The position numbers were made by a program, and so were the translations under genes. 64,000 nt of DNA from Amphiscolops sp. MND2022 (taxonomy: Eukaryota): positions 88,228,001 through 88,292,000 of the forward strand of contig OZ076409.1 in the NCBI GenBank assembly GCA_964187785.1, in the 5' to 3' direction. The number at the start of each line of letters is the position of its first letter. Positions within the stretch are counted from its first letter, which is position 1. Shown piece by piece: positions 22,200 through 34,885 of this stretch. The notes below the pieces were generated by a model. It was not told the origin of the DNA. It worked only from the letters and a program-made list of their open reading frames with translations, and ran no database searches.

Positions 22200-23620
22200 A
22201 TTCTGACACTGAAAGCAGAATTGGCCCATGTACAACTATTCAGAGCGACTGTGTTTTATACCGCCACTGTACAAATTTTGTAACAAAATAAGTTGACACT
22301 GAATGACGACTTGAATGGAATACCAATAAAACAGAAGCACTAAAACAGAGAGAAATAGCAAAACAAAAAAAACGAACCTGTGAAGGATAACACAAAAGTT
22401 GAAAAACCAGCCATGGCTGTAACGGTGGAAAAGAAAGGTGATTCTGACAAAATGTGGGCCCTATTGACAAATTCATCCTGAGATATGAGAATGTATGGGA
22501 CAGGTGGACAGGGAATGTGAACTAAGGGGTGGATGCATTGGCATAAGCTGAACGTATTGTTAAACTATGAGCAATAAGCACTGCAAGCATTTCGAAAAAG
22601 TTCCCTGTTGAAATTGAAACTTATTGAAAAAATTTGTTTCACGGAAAATTTTATGTGTTTTATGAAATTGGCATTTACGTGACATTGGAGTCAAAAAGTG
22701 TCTTTTTGGAAATAGAAACTTTCTATGAAGGCTACTCTCTCTATCGAAAATCCACATGACGAAAAGTAGTGTTTTTGGGTCGAGAAACTGATCGTCAATC
22801 TACGAAGACGCGAAAAAACCTAATGCACGACAGTTATGGGAATAAAACCTAATTGTAGCTATGAAAAACTACCTGGTAAAAATTTGTTGATGCAAAAAAA
22901 TACCTTGCACATAGTTGTTTTAGAAAACATAAGTCGCCTCCCAGTGGAAGCACTGAGGGAACCAAACGCAGGAGGACGAACTTCAGTCACACAAAGACAA
23001 ATTTTTTGTTGACAAATCTTATTATTCACTGAAACAGCTGATTAATGTTGTCATGATCGGTCCTGAAAGCCATGTCAAAAACAGGATGAAAGAGGAAGTA
23101 ATGAACGAGTTTGATTTGACAAATTCAACACATATTCAACCAACTGTAACGGCAAAATGTACAGTAGAGCTTAACTCAATGTCAAAACTTTGACTATTGT
23201 TAGCGAAAATCCAGATGACCTGGAAACTGTGACACCTAGTCACATCTCATTGGAAAGAGCTAGTTTAGCCACAGTATTCTTACGGGAACCCAACGTTACA
23301 CAGATTTGAGACGAGAATTTCGAGTATGGCAAGCTTATTCAGCTGTATTCTGGCCCGGAGGGCGTAAAGTATAATTATCAGAATGGGATATGCGTGATAA
23401 AAGAAACATAGATGATGTGAAAGAGCTGAAAGTAAACAATTTGTTTTTTTTTTCGGCGTTACAACTACCAGAGGCGAAAATATTAGAAGTGCAATAAGGA
23501 AGCGACGACAGTTAAATCTACGACAATTGTGAGAAAAGACGACAAACTGAAGAGGCCCGTGATAAACCTTTCATCTCTCTTTAATGAAAATCTTTTTAGG
23601 GAGAAAAACAGAGCCGGCAA
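22200..23620 (+). mobile_element. 3' remnant of decayed BEL/Pao LTR retrotransposon (integrase C-terminal region, PPT; LTR probably begins TGT at 23621)
   Basis: Translates to LTIVSENPDDLETVTPSH.., YTDLRREFRV.QAYS..FW, DDVKELKVN and KLKRPVINLSSLFNENLFREKNRAGNV, the characteristic BEL pol terminus, ending in a purine tract followed by TGT. Confidence 0.7.
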
Positions 23621-25107
23621 TGTCCCCAGTCAACTAGAAGACAAAAACTCAAATCGAACTCGCGTGATGAAAATTAGAACTCAAAACTCTGTGGAATTTC
23701 CATCAAATGTTGGAGGAATCCAAGTTTCGACGAACAGGAAAACCCTCTCAATTGCGTTTTCTGGGAAACCATTCATCATAGAGACATGAAACCTGGCACA
23801 TGTATGCAACGATCAAACACAAACACCCCTGTCACCTTTCAATATCTTTTTTACCACGGCCACTTTTCTCGTCACATGTGTGCCTTTCAAGGTCTTTCAC
23901 TCGAAACGCAAATGAGATGATCTCCCTCTATGGCGCCATTGAAAAATGTCAGAGTACTGAATTGTTGACGTTTACAATGTGTAATCATTCCATTAGACCA
24001 CCTGACAATTATGGCAGACACATGCCATAGTTCTTTTGAATGATTGTTCAATGTCCTTTTATTTTTATTCTGACTTATAATTATTGAATAGTTGTACACG
24101 AGATGAATATCACAACTCGGTAGACACAACTGTCATATTTCACAATTAACTTCTTTACCTCTTTCCGACTCTTCGCCAAGACAATTGGCGATTAAGTTAG
24201 TCACTCTCAACTTGTGGGGAGTTGCACGTGTTAAGAGACAAAGAAAAACTGCTATTGCATCTATCCACTTCCGAAATTTCAAAAATTTGTCTTTTATCAA
24301 CTTGAATTAATTAGAATCGTTCTCTGATATAACAGCCAATTCGATGAAAAATGCGCCTATTCGATTTGTTCACGTAATATCCAAGTTTCATTACATCTTG
24401 AAAACACAAATGTTGCACTTTTTGATAGATCGTACTTAAAACACGCTTATTACCATTTTTGACACTAGATTCTTTCGCAATTAGGTTTCGCCAGGATTTG
24501 TGTGGCGTTTGACTCTGACCAAGTTCAAACAAAAATTCACTGTTGTTTGTTAACATATTGGTAAAAAAGCTTATTTGCATGAACTAGTTTTCGGAACTGT
24601 AGAGCTTTTTCCTATACAAAGTGTCCTGATGTTTTGTTCTCTTTTCTCAAACAATTGGTTATTATTGAAGGATTGTTAGCAGAGTAAACGAAATAAAGTC
24701 ACAATGCCACTGCGCCTCTTGTTTTCCTATTGTTTCGGCAGTGGGAGACTTTGGTATTTTTATAACGAATCTCGGGTAGCTTTGAAAATTCGGCTCTTTT
24801 TCTTTTTCCCCACACTTTTAATGAAAAGAAACTGAACATAAAAGATTATATTTGACTATATCTTGTAATATTTCTTCATATAAGGCTTTTCCTTTGTTTT
24901 GTTGTCTCCACATGAACTCACACAAGTAACTGTCAACCATACTTCTATGGGTTCACGCTAACATACAATTTTGCAAAATTGGTTTTTGAGAATCAAAATA
25001 AAGCCGGAAGTGAATCGCATCATTTTGTAAAAAGAATTGTCAATATTTCAAAGAGATTTTTTAAAAATTAGGTGAATTGTTTCATTGGAAACTCAATAAT
25101 TAATTGC

Positions 25108-25826
25108 AACAACTCGGGACCGGCCCAAGTCGGCGCCATATCCAAGGCTCAAAAATAGCAAATAGACTTCCAAGAGTCAATTTACAGTACTCGAAAATTA
25201 AAAAAGCAAAACAAATGGACCGAGTGGCGCCCCGGGGCCCGCTAGCGCGAGCCCCTGGCGCGCTAAAAGGGGGACACTTCCGAAATTGTCAACATTTTTG
25301 TCGCTGTTGAAGGGGGGACCCTTTGCAGAAAAAACAAATTTTCGAAAAAAAAGTCTCACAATGCCGAAAAACTGAAAGGGGGGACTCTTTGGGGTTTTTT
25401 AACATAGTTTTTGTCGCAAAAAATCACAAAATTGAAGTGGGGAAAATTTTTATTTTCGGAAAAAAATCTCACAGTGCCGAAAAAAACTGAAAGGGGGAAC
25501 CCTTTGGAATTTTCTTCCAACATCCATTCTGACGCAAAACAGCAAAAAAATTGAAGGGGGACGCTTTGTGGAAAAAATTTCCGAAAAAAAGTCTCGCGGT
25601 GCCGAAAAAAAATGAAAGGGGGGAGCCTTTGGTCTCGCCTGGTATGGTATGTTACGCCGAAAAACAGGAAAACCCTTTTTGGTTCAGTTCGCTAGACCAA
25701 ATAGTGCAATTTGGTGCAATAATATTTTGTAGAACTTTTGTAGAACTATTTTGGTCAGTTCGTGTGGATAGAAAAAAAAGAGTCACTATAATAGTCGCGT
25801 TTCACTTCATGAAGCGCCGACTAAAA
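25108..25826 (-). mobile_element. Non-autonomous Helentron-type element (HINE/DINE-1-like)
   Basis: Sub-terminal inverted repeats AGTCGGCGC / GCGCCGACT, GC stem-loop gggaccggccc next to the AACAA end, hairpin agtcgcg..gcgccgact at the other end, and internal tandem repeats. Confidence 0.65.
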
Positions 25827-27108
25827 AAGAGTCACTATAAAAAACAAGTTAACTATGAGAAGCTGAAGAAGGATCTTAAAAGCTATTATCTCCACAAATA
25901 TGCAGCAGAAGTTGATTATTCCGCAGTAGTTAAAAAATGTTGGCGTGAGTTCAGATTCTACTAAACATGCACCTGATACTAGATGTTAATTAATGTGTGT
26001 TTGCTCTTCTTTTTTTAAATACATTTCCAATTTTTTAAAAAATTTATGTGTACACTACCTGTCTTAAATGGCATATTTTAAATTTTCATTTCATGATGGG
26101 AATTTAGTGTTTTTTTTTAATAGTCGCGTTTCACTCCATGAAGCGCCGACTAAAAACATCATCTTGAAAAGTGTGGATATGAAAAAGAAAATGCTCCGAA
26201 AATTCTATTTTTATCGCTTTAAACGAATCACTGGATTCAACAGTGTCCATCTGATTCTTTTTATGTTTCGCCGTGATTTCTATACATTTGTTTTTGACAA
26301 CCAGCACAGCTTAACGTCTTCTGCGTGGTTTGTAGTCGGTACTTTTTCGAGAAAAAAGTGTAGGTTTCAAGTGTGGGTTTGTAAGATTCTGAATGGTGCT
26401 TTCCTTTAAATATTTTAGCGTTGAATGTTTAGGGCTATTTAATTACATGCGTGACATTCAGGCGCTCATTATGATAAGAGCTAGAGAAATATTTACCAAT
26501 GACTGTCGATGAAGTTTCATGGTCCTAGTATTTACCCTTTTGGAATGTGAGTGACTATTTTGCCCGCGAGGCACTCATTTTTCGATCGAATGGCTTTCAA
26601 ACTTTGGCTCCATAAAGATAACATCACTTCATCGCATCTCAAAATAAGCTTGCCGTAGATACCAACTACAAATAACTTCAGAGCTATCACATTAACTCAG
26701 AAAATTCAAAATATGACTTCAGCTATACTAATTTGGAAAATTCCTACTAGGGCCATTCTAGCCATTTAGTGGTCACCTATTTTATTTACAGCAAAAATAT
26801 CTGAATGGTTGTTGAACAAAATATACGAAAAAGTGATTCAACCCGATTTCTCCACATTGAATAATCTCTACTGCAACTTAACTCTTGAGTTGGATGCAAA
26901 TACAATGAGTTCCACATTACTCTATTGAGAATATTCTTTGACGTGAACAAAAAATCAGTGTCAATTGACTTTTAAAATTGAGCATGCTTTTTGGAAGTTT
27001 TCACGATTTTTCAGTCAAAAGCGCTGGAAAACATTTCAACCTTTTCCCGCTCTGACTTTGGTAGAAATTATCTGCTGATTGATTCAAAAGAAACTAAGTT
27101 AACAAAAA

Positions 27109-28695
27109 ATGTCTCAGATCGAATTTTCTCACGCAAACCAAGATGAATGGGAAGGAAAATGCCAAGTGGAGGGGAATAGACAATCCCCCATTGATATACC
27201 AAAAGGATCTGCGCCCATCAAAGAATTTCCCGAACTGGCTTTAAAAAATCAGCGAAAAACAACATGGTGCCTGGAGAATACAGGAAACTTCGCAAGAATG
27301 TCAATTGCTAATGAAGCTGATCAGAACCTGTTGCTGTCCGGTGGTCCCTTGTCAGGAGAATACAAGTTCGATTACTTCCAGTATCACTGGGGAAAAGGAC
27401 CTGGCGAGGGCAGTGAACATTCCTACGATGGGGCAAACTTCGAGGGTGAAATTCACTACCAGTTCACCTTGAACGGAGAACCCGAAGAGGGTCAAGACAA
27501 AGTCGCAGTCCTTTGTTTGAACATGAAGCAAGCAGCCGAACGAAAGACATCTATGATGGCTGTACAAGAGAAACTCGATCAGTGCTACGAGTTTCAGGCA
27601 AAAACTGAAATTCCTAATATGGACTTCTTCCGAATCATCAATGCCTGTTTTCAAGAAAGCGACTACTTCACATACAAAGGATCTCTTTGCTGTCCGCCTT
27701 TAGAAGAAAACGTTACTTACATTGTCTTCGAAAAACCTGGTGAGTTTTCTCCTGAAATGTTTAATCATTTTCGCCAATTCAAGGATGCCAATGGAAACCC
27801 AATTGAGAGTTGTCATCGAGAGAAGCGCGCCGAGCTCGGAGATCGTGAAATAAGCCGATGCAAGCACCCAAGACGCAAGAAGGAAAAGAAGTCAGCTCCT
27901 CAAGAAACACCTGCCGCGGAAGGAGGCGAACAGCCTGAAGGAGGCGAGGAAAAACCACCAGAAGGTGAAGGTGAGAAGCCTGCCGAAGGTGAAGGCGAGA
28001 AACCTGCCGAAGGTGAAGGAGAGAAACCTGCCGAAGGCGAAGGTGAGAAACCCGCCGAGGGCGAAGGAGAGAAACCTGCCGAAGGTGAAGGTGAGAAACC
28101 TGCCGAGGGTGAAGCCGAGAAGCGCGAAGGTGAGGAAGAAAAACCAGAGGGTGAAGGTGGAGAAGAGAATAAAGATGGCGAGGCCGCCGGCGAGGGAGAA
28201 AACAAAGAGGGAGAAGACAAAGAAGGAGAAGACAAAGAAGGAGAAGAGAGAGACGGAGAAGACAAAGAGGGAGAAGAAAACAAGGATGACCCCGACGACG
28301 AACATCAACCTGACGATGCAGAGAAGAAGGAAGGCGACGATCCGGACGCTGAGCCAAAGCCTGATGATGAAGAAAATAAGGAAGGTGAAGGCGAAGGTGA
28401 AGGTGAAGGTGAAGGTGAAGGCGAAGGTGAAGGTGAAGGCGAAGGCGATGAAAAGAAAGACGGAGAAGACAAAGAGGGAGAAGAAAACAAGGATGACCCC
28501 GACGATGAGCATCAACCTGACGATGCGGAGAAGAAAGAAGGCGGTGATGACGCAGAAGGAGCTGATGACGCAGAAGGAGGTGATGACGCAGAAGGGGGTG
28601 AAGACGCAGGTGCAGAAGGTGAGGGTGAGGAAAAGAAGGAAGACGAGGATGAAGAAAAGAAGAAAAAAGAGGAGGAAGAAGAAAAGAAGGAATAA
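27109..28695 (+). CDS. Intronless alpha-carbonic anhydrase-like protein (probably non-catalytic) with ~270-aa acidic Glu/Gly/Asp repeat tail
   Basis: GNRQSPIDI, LSGGPLSGEY, FQYHWG..GSEH, GEIH, YFTYKGSLCCPP and ENVTYIVF motifs; single 528-aa ORF; AATAAA at 28786-28791. Confidence 0.92.
   Translation: MSQIEFSHANQDEWEGKCQVEGNRQSPIDIPKGSAPIKEFPELALKNQRKTTWCLENTGNFARMSIANEADQNLLLSGGPLSGEYKFDYFQYHWGKGPGEGSEHSYDGANFEGEIHYQFTLNGEPEEGQDKVAVLCLNMKQAAERKTSMMAVQEKLDQCYEFQAKTEIPNMDFFRIINACFQESDYFTYKGSLCCPPLEENVTYIVFEKPGEFSPEMFNHFRQFKDANGNPIESCHREKRAELGDREISRCKHPRRKKEKKSAPQETPAAEGGEQPEGGEEKPPEGEGEKPAEGEGEKPAEGEGEKPAEGEGEKPAEGEGEKPAEGEGEKPAEGEAEKREGEEEKPEGEGGEENKDGEAAGEGENKEGEDKEGEDKEGEERDGEDKEGEENKDDPDDEHQPDDAEKKEGDDPDAEPKPDDEENKEGEGEGEGEGEGEGEGEGEGEGDEKKDGEDKEGEENKDDPDDEHQPDDAEKKEGGDDAEGADDAEGGDDAEGGEDAGAEGEGEEKKEDEDEEKKKKEEEEEKKE
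27961..28620 (+). repeat. Coding tandem repeats in the CA tail: EGEGEKPA x~7, (GE)n, a duplicated 28-aa acidic block, GGDDAE repeats
   Basis: Visible in both the DNA (24-bp and 6-bp units) and the translation. Confidence 0.9.
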
Positions 28696-28920
28696 TGCAG
28701 CCTTTGATCCATGGTACACCTCGGGCCTCTACTTGCGACTTGTCATCTTGTCTGCTAAATATATTTTTCATGTTACTAATCAGAGAATAAAGTTTTTACC
28801 CATTATTGGTTTCAGCAATTTGAGACTCGGATGAAAAAGCATCACAATGGTTTCTCAGAAATTATTGACTTTATTTAGATGAAAAGTAAGGTTTTTGAAT
28901 GAATACATAAAATTTTCGAA

Positions 28921-29018
28921 TAAAATGGCTTTTCATACACGTAAGCTCAATAAAAACTTTTTTTGAATATATTTAAAAAAGGTTTTTATTGAGGTTACGT
29001 GTAGAAAAAGCCATTTTA
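28921..29018. repeat. ~98-bp near-perfect palindrome (fold-back/MITE-like)
   Basis: taaaatggcttttcatacacgtaagctcaataaaaac.. pairs with ..gtttttattgaggttacgtgtagaaaaagccatttta. Confidence 0.85.
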
Positions 29019-30619
29019 TGTATACATTGTATGCATACAACATTGCATATATACAACATTGTATATATACAACAACAGGTTCATAATTGATCCTGAACCT
29101 CCTTTTACTTTTCCCACACCTTAAAAACTAACTTTTTAAATACTGAAATATACCTAAAATGCTTTTTGATTCCCATTTCTAAAACTCTTAACCACATCTC
29201 GATGACGTCACAAATTCATACGATTGACTACTAGTTAAAGACAATTTTTTGATGTTTTCTCATAATTTTACATTTTTTGGGAGAAAAGGGAAAGTTCCCG
29301 TGTCCAAATAACTTTGGATTCAACGATAATGTTGGACGAATTTTCAAACTGAAACTAACTTCAATTTGAATTCAAAACGTGCTATATTTTTTAGGAGGAA
29401 GCGCGAGTTAAAAAGTGCCCCCGTGATTTTGTACGAGAACATTCTAAATTGTACTAAATGATTAGCTGACATGACAGTATGAACTAATGTGAAGTCATCA
29501 AAATAGTTTGAGATAATACGCATTTTTAGAAACTAAGTACTTTTTCCGCATAGTTTATTCGAATAAAACCTAGTTCTTTATAACGTGCAGGGGAAAAAGA
29601 AAAAGCCAAAGCATCTTACCATTCAAGACTTAAGGTTTTCCATCATGTTCATCTTCAAACTCTATCCTTCGAAAAAACCGGGCATGAAACAAATCTCTAA
29701 ATGAACAAAAATGTGTCGTGCTGCTCTATAAATCCTTGACTTGAAAACTCTAAACCAGAATGTTGTACATTTCGTCAAAATTTTCCAATTTCATAGGTTG
29801 GTATTCTAAAAATTCCGCGAAAACTAACAACTAAAATAGAATTTGACTTCAAAATGAAAAGTTGAACTTTGCAAAAATGCCTGAGAGACAGACGAAGTAA
29901 CTGCAGACAACACGAATTTTGGGAATTTTCAATTAGTTTCATCAGGATGTAAAAGCGAACACGAGCTAAACGTATCATGAGTACGAAGGAAGTTTATTTA
30001 AATGTCTTGGCAAAATCAACATAGAATAGTATTTCCAAGTCATCCAAAAAGTTCAGCTCGTTGAATTGTGACCTTGAGGGATTGGTCACACACATTTTTG
30101 CGTTTGCCATGTCTTTTGGAATTTACTGTTTTCACAGTTCCCAATTTCGTGTAAGAAGACCGAAATGGTTTTCCGTTTTCCCCAACAGAAAAGACGTATT
30201 TTTCAAATTCAAAACACAAAATATTACCGTAAATGGACGTCTACGATTTCGTACCTATAGTGTCTGCAAACTTCTGGAAGCACTAGCGAAATTTTAATTC
30301 AACAGAATGGTTAAATGTTACATTTCGTGAAACAAAAAATGAAATACGTAAAACCACTCAATTGGGACAGAATGAGCTTATCAGCTCTTCGAGTCTCTAC
30401 CGCACGGAACCAGTCTTTTCCAATGTGTTTTCATTCATTTTCAGTGTTTTGATTCTTGATCTCAATCCTAACATTTTGTCAATTTTGTCCACATCAGGTG
30501 ATTGGCTTCTCGAAAAACCTTCCTTAACTCCAACCCATCAAATACGTAGACATCTATTAGTTTCAAATGTGTATCAATTTGAGTTTTCGTCATATTTGCA
30601 AAACTGGTTGGTATGAGAT

Positions 30620-31980
30620 TGTAAAACGTTAGCCAATTATAGGCTTCTCTCTGAGTATTTTCAATCGGTTTTGACTTAGTTGCATTTCGACAATAGGCTG
30701 TGGCTAATCTTTTTCGGACAGTCTAGTTTTTACACTGGTTCGCTCTTTTTCTACTTGAAGAACGTGAATGGGAGATTCTGTTCTAATTTGCTTGAAAACT
30801 TTTTTGATTATTCTAGGAAATACAAATCAAACACAGTTTGGATGTGGTAAGCGTCTATAAGATCCTTTAGGCTGTGTTCAAGAAAAGGGCTCGCAGGATT
30901 CTCTTTTGAGCATTTTCAAGCATCTCTAAATTATAATTTGCAGCACTGAATTAAACCAACAATCCATAGCTAATTAACGACCGAAAATATGTATTATAGA
31001 ATAATAGGAGACACTTCTTTGGGTATAAATGTCTCACCTTGTATACAAGACCACAAAACATTCAATAATTGTTTGGTTATGTACGCAATGTGTTTTTGGA
31101 ATATGAGCTTGTTGTCAATGTAAACACCCAAATACTTGAAACAATTAGGACTGGAAAACATGGAATTGAATATTTTATTATGCATCAGTTTTCAATGCTT
31201 GCTCTCACATTTTGTGGTGTTCAAGGTGAGTTTGTTCTGTCGAAACCAGTGGCTGACTCTTTCGAGTTCACTAGTCATATCTATTGCATCTCTTTTCCCT
31301 ATTTTGATTAGACTCGTATCATCGGCAATTAGCTCTATAACAGCGTCATTTCCACATTTTACCGAGGATCAATATTGTACAAAAGGAATTAAAAAAAGTC
31401 CAAGTACCAAGCCATGGGGTTCACCTGTTTTTAATTCTTGAAGATTAGATTTTCGTCCTTCATTTTTGACGTGCTGGCATCGACTTGTTAAATATTTTTT
31501 CAGCAGTTCAAAGATTGGTCCCCCAAAATCCAAAATTATGAATTTTTCTCAAAAGAACTGAATGGTCTGAAAAATCAATTTTTTTCAAATCAAATCTTTT
31601 TTTTTCAAATCTGCTTGAGCTGTGAATTTTTTATCAATCGCTCGCCGCATAAGTTCAGTGATATGTGCAAGGGCGTATGTACAAGAGTGTTTCTGACAGA
31701 ATCCGGACTAATAATTTTATTGTAATTAATAGTTATCGCAAAACTTAGTCATTCGTTTGAGAAGGATTTTTTTCGAACCTTTTACTCAATAATGGCAAGA
31801 GACTAATCAGTGGGCAGTTTTCAGGATTCGTTTTGTCACCTCTTTTGTATACGGCAATTATGTTAGCAACTGTTAAGCAATCAGGCAAATATCCACACTG
31901 GATTCTACCTTTCAATGCTTCCGTTAGATAAGGCTCAATAACAGGTGAACAGCATTTCGAAACTTTCTAATTTTCTAATT
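30620..31980 (-). mobile_element. Degenerate non-LTR retrotransposon (CR1/L2-like) reverse transcriptase fragment
   Basis: Minus-strand pieces PENCPLISLLPL, DHS..L, TGEPHGLVLG, IADDTSL and CFKYLGVYIDNKLIFQKHI; many stops and frameshifts. Confidence 0.8.
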
Positions 31981-34284
31981 CCATCATATCCGGTGTGAGT
32001 GAGAGACTGATAAAACAACCTAATTGCATGAACAATATAAGATGAAAGTACACTTTGCTAGATTTCGATGAAAGCGTTCTCAAAACCGGCAAAGTGAAAT
32101 TTTGCTGAGGCTGCTAACTAACTCAAACCTCTATCAAGAAAGAACGTCGCGATTTAGCAATTGCTTATGTACTGGACAAAGTTGACCGTGACAAAATGTT
32201 CCGATCGCGGTAAGACTCTCAAATTCGAACTATGAAAACTAACAAAGGTAATATCAACCTATCAAGCTACTCGGAAACTGTGTGACCTCAGTCGAACCGT
32301 CCTCTCTGCTGAATAGAAAATTCATAAACGATTCTAAAAGGTTGTGATGCCGGAACATAGAGCATGCAGTTCAAAAAAGAAAGATACCTGGTGAAAACCG
32401 TCAGAAGAGGCACATTAAGGATAGGTGTCAGGACAAGCCGGGAATCAAAACCTTCCCAACTGACAAGTGTTCCAAATAAATCTCTAGGTACGGCCAATTA
32501 GGACACTTTGATGTCTACTCCTAAAGTTTCGGCGACAAAAATAATTTACTTGGTCGACATCCGTCTGAGAAACCGTCAAAATTATGTATCACGCGACTGA
32601 TAACTGATTCAAAAACACGGCAAACTGAATATAAAAATCGGCAAATTTTGATCTAAAAATCACAAGAAACCTGGATTGGACCCGACCAACGAAACGAACA
32701 GCGGGAATTGTCCCAGAGACACCCAACCCAACTTTCACTCTAGGAGTGACATTCGCTTTCATTCTTCCTCTTGTTTTATTTTTCACCAACTCGCTTTCTT
32801 TTTCCCCTCTCTCTCACTATCTCTCTCTATCTCTTTCTTTCAGTGAAGCCGCCCTTAGCAGAACGACGTTGAGTGTTTCTCCTGGTGTAAGGTATCATAT
32901 TTAATCTAAATCATTAGAGGGAGGTTTTTCGCCTCTTTAAATGAATTTTTGACTGACAGTTTTTATATCAGAGATTAGTAACACGGATTTCTTTCGGTAT
33001 GTTTGCAGAGGACCCACTCTTTTTCTTTCTCTTCATGATTAGCTAAGATGAACATTTTCCCAGAAATTACTAGGCGACTTCAGTCAGTCCCAATCAAAAC
33101 AGAAACAGCCGATTCTTTCAATCAATTAAACGGTGTCCTTGACCTAGCAGCATTGGGTCGTAACATTGAGCTACAGTGAAACCTTCAAAGTCTCGTCTCT
33201 TGCACGAAAAAGCAACCAGTTTGCACTGGGTACAAGAATCGTATTAACGTTGTAGTAAAACAAAGGGTGGGAGACGCACTCTGAACCGAACGGGTACGTT
33301 AAGAAGAAGCCCGCTTATGTCTTCTCTAAGACTGTGGCATTGTGAGAATGTGAGCATTGTGGCATTCCTGGAACATGTAGCATACCGAGATGGAACTTGT
33401 AGTACCCTAGTGTTTTCCTGGTAGTGATCTAGTACCTTAGACCCTTAGATCACGTAGCTAGTACTAAGGAAAAGAATGACTCCCTCAGTCGATTCGAATA
33501 AGTAATATTCAACATTCGCGTGGGCATCTTTGAATGTGGGTACAAATACCCCGTTGATTGATCGCATTCTACATAGGTTTTCTAAGCGTTACCTCTGCGC
33601 ATTTGTTTAACCCGAAAGACTCTAGTAAACAGCCTCTTGCCACCAACGGGATAAGTGAGTTTCCCAGAATTTTTAAGTCTGTAACCCTGCAACTGGGGAA
33701 CATACCTCTCCTCGGATAATAGGTGTGATTTTTACATAGAGAAAGAGATGGAAGCGTTCCTGATTATCCTGGCCCGGGCCCCGCCCGCCCAGGTCTAGTC
33801 AACGCTTTTGAAACTTCTACTAAAAGACAGAAAGTGAATTAAACTCGGACACTATTTTTTCTACACGTATCGAAACACAGGCCCGCGCCGGCCCGAGCCC
33901 GGCCCGTTTTCAAGCCCGACCCGGGTCCAACTCGGAGGAGAGCAGACGAGACCTGTAGTTTTTGAGTTTTTGGTTGGAACCATTTGCTAGCCAAATTTGA
34001 AACAAAATTGACTGCGTTGACCAATCATCTCCGTTCTTGTTGATGTACAGTTTTAATAAAGACTATGAACTATCGCATTGCAGCATGTTTTACAAATGAA
34101 ATTTCCAACACACTTCTTGTGACGACGAATTAGAAAACGTAAACGTAAACACACATGTATTTTGCCACCACCAAGCCAAAAATCCGCTCCCAGAATGCAC
34201 ATTTTTACAGAGAGGATCACGTTCTGACTCCGTTTTGTCAGAAGAATCAATAGTCGACCACATTTTATTCACATTTGGAATTTT

Positions 34285-34885
34285 GGCAATTGTCGAAGGC
34301 TGCCGTTTGTGACGCAACAAAATATACAACTACAGCAGAAAGACAAGAAATCTCTCCTGAGGCACTACCCATGTATTGAAATTGAAAACTTTATATGTAT
34401 TCGGGTAAAACTAGAATTTTAATTGATTTAGTTTTAATTGTTGCAATTATGTGATGTTCATTAGTTTTTTCGTGGTTGCTTGAAATGATTGAGTTAAGAA
34501 TTGAAGACGCTAAATTGCAATACTTTAGATGCAAGCTGAACAATAACACGGAAACGAGTTCAAATGCCCTAAAGCGTTTGTACGGTGGCAATACTCATTA
34601 CCAGGCTATCAGCCAAGACCAGTTAGTTATTTCATTTGTTGCTATAGAGCTGTGCTGTAACTTGCCGGATAAGTCTGTTTGACCAAACTCTCCTAATGCA
34701 GTAATAAAAGACAGGCAATTGGACGGTTTAGGCTAAACAAGCACTTAGGGATACAAGTATTACTAGTGTGCTAACAATGTTTTTCTTTTATGTGGTAAGT
34801 ACTTAAAATCTTTATTTAAACCCTTCAGTGGATTGTTGTCACTGTTCAAGATGTTTGTTGTTTCTTTAGATTTAAGGTACAGATA
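34285..34885 (+). repeat. Diverged ~600-bp direct repeat, copy 1
   Basis: Shares long blocks (actacagcagaa.gacaagaaat, attgaaattgaaaact, gcagtaataaaag, tacaagtattactagtgtgctaacaatgt, tgttcaagatgtttgttgttt) with 36990-37540. Confidence 0.8.

Noticed and set aside
27352..28834. Long alternative-frame and antisense ORFs (330, 289, 275 aa etc.) over the CA gene
   Set aside because: By-products of the stop-poor GAA/GGT repeat tail; low-complexity translations with no independent support.
32197..32897. Possible solo LTR (TGT..TCA with CT-rich tract)
   Set aside because: No matching target-site duplication or second copy found in the window; boundaries unsupported.
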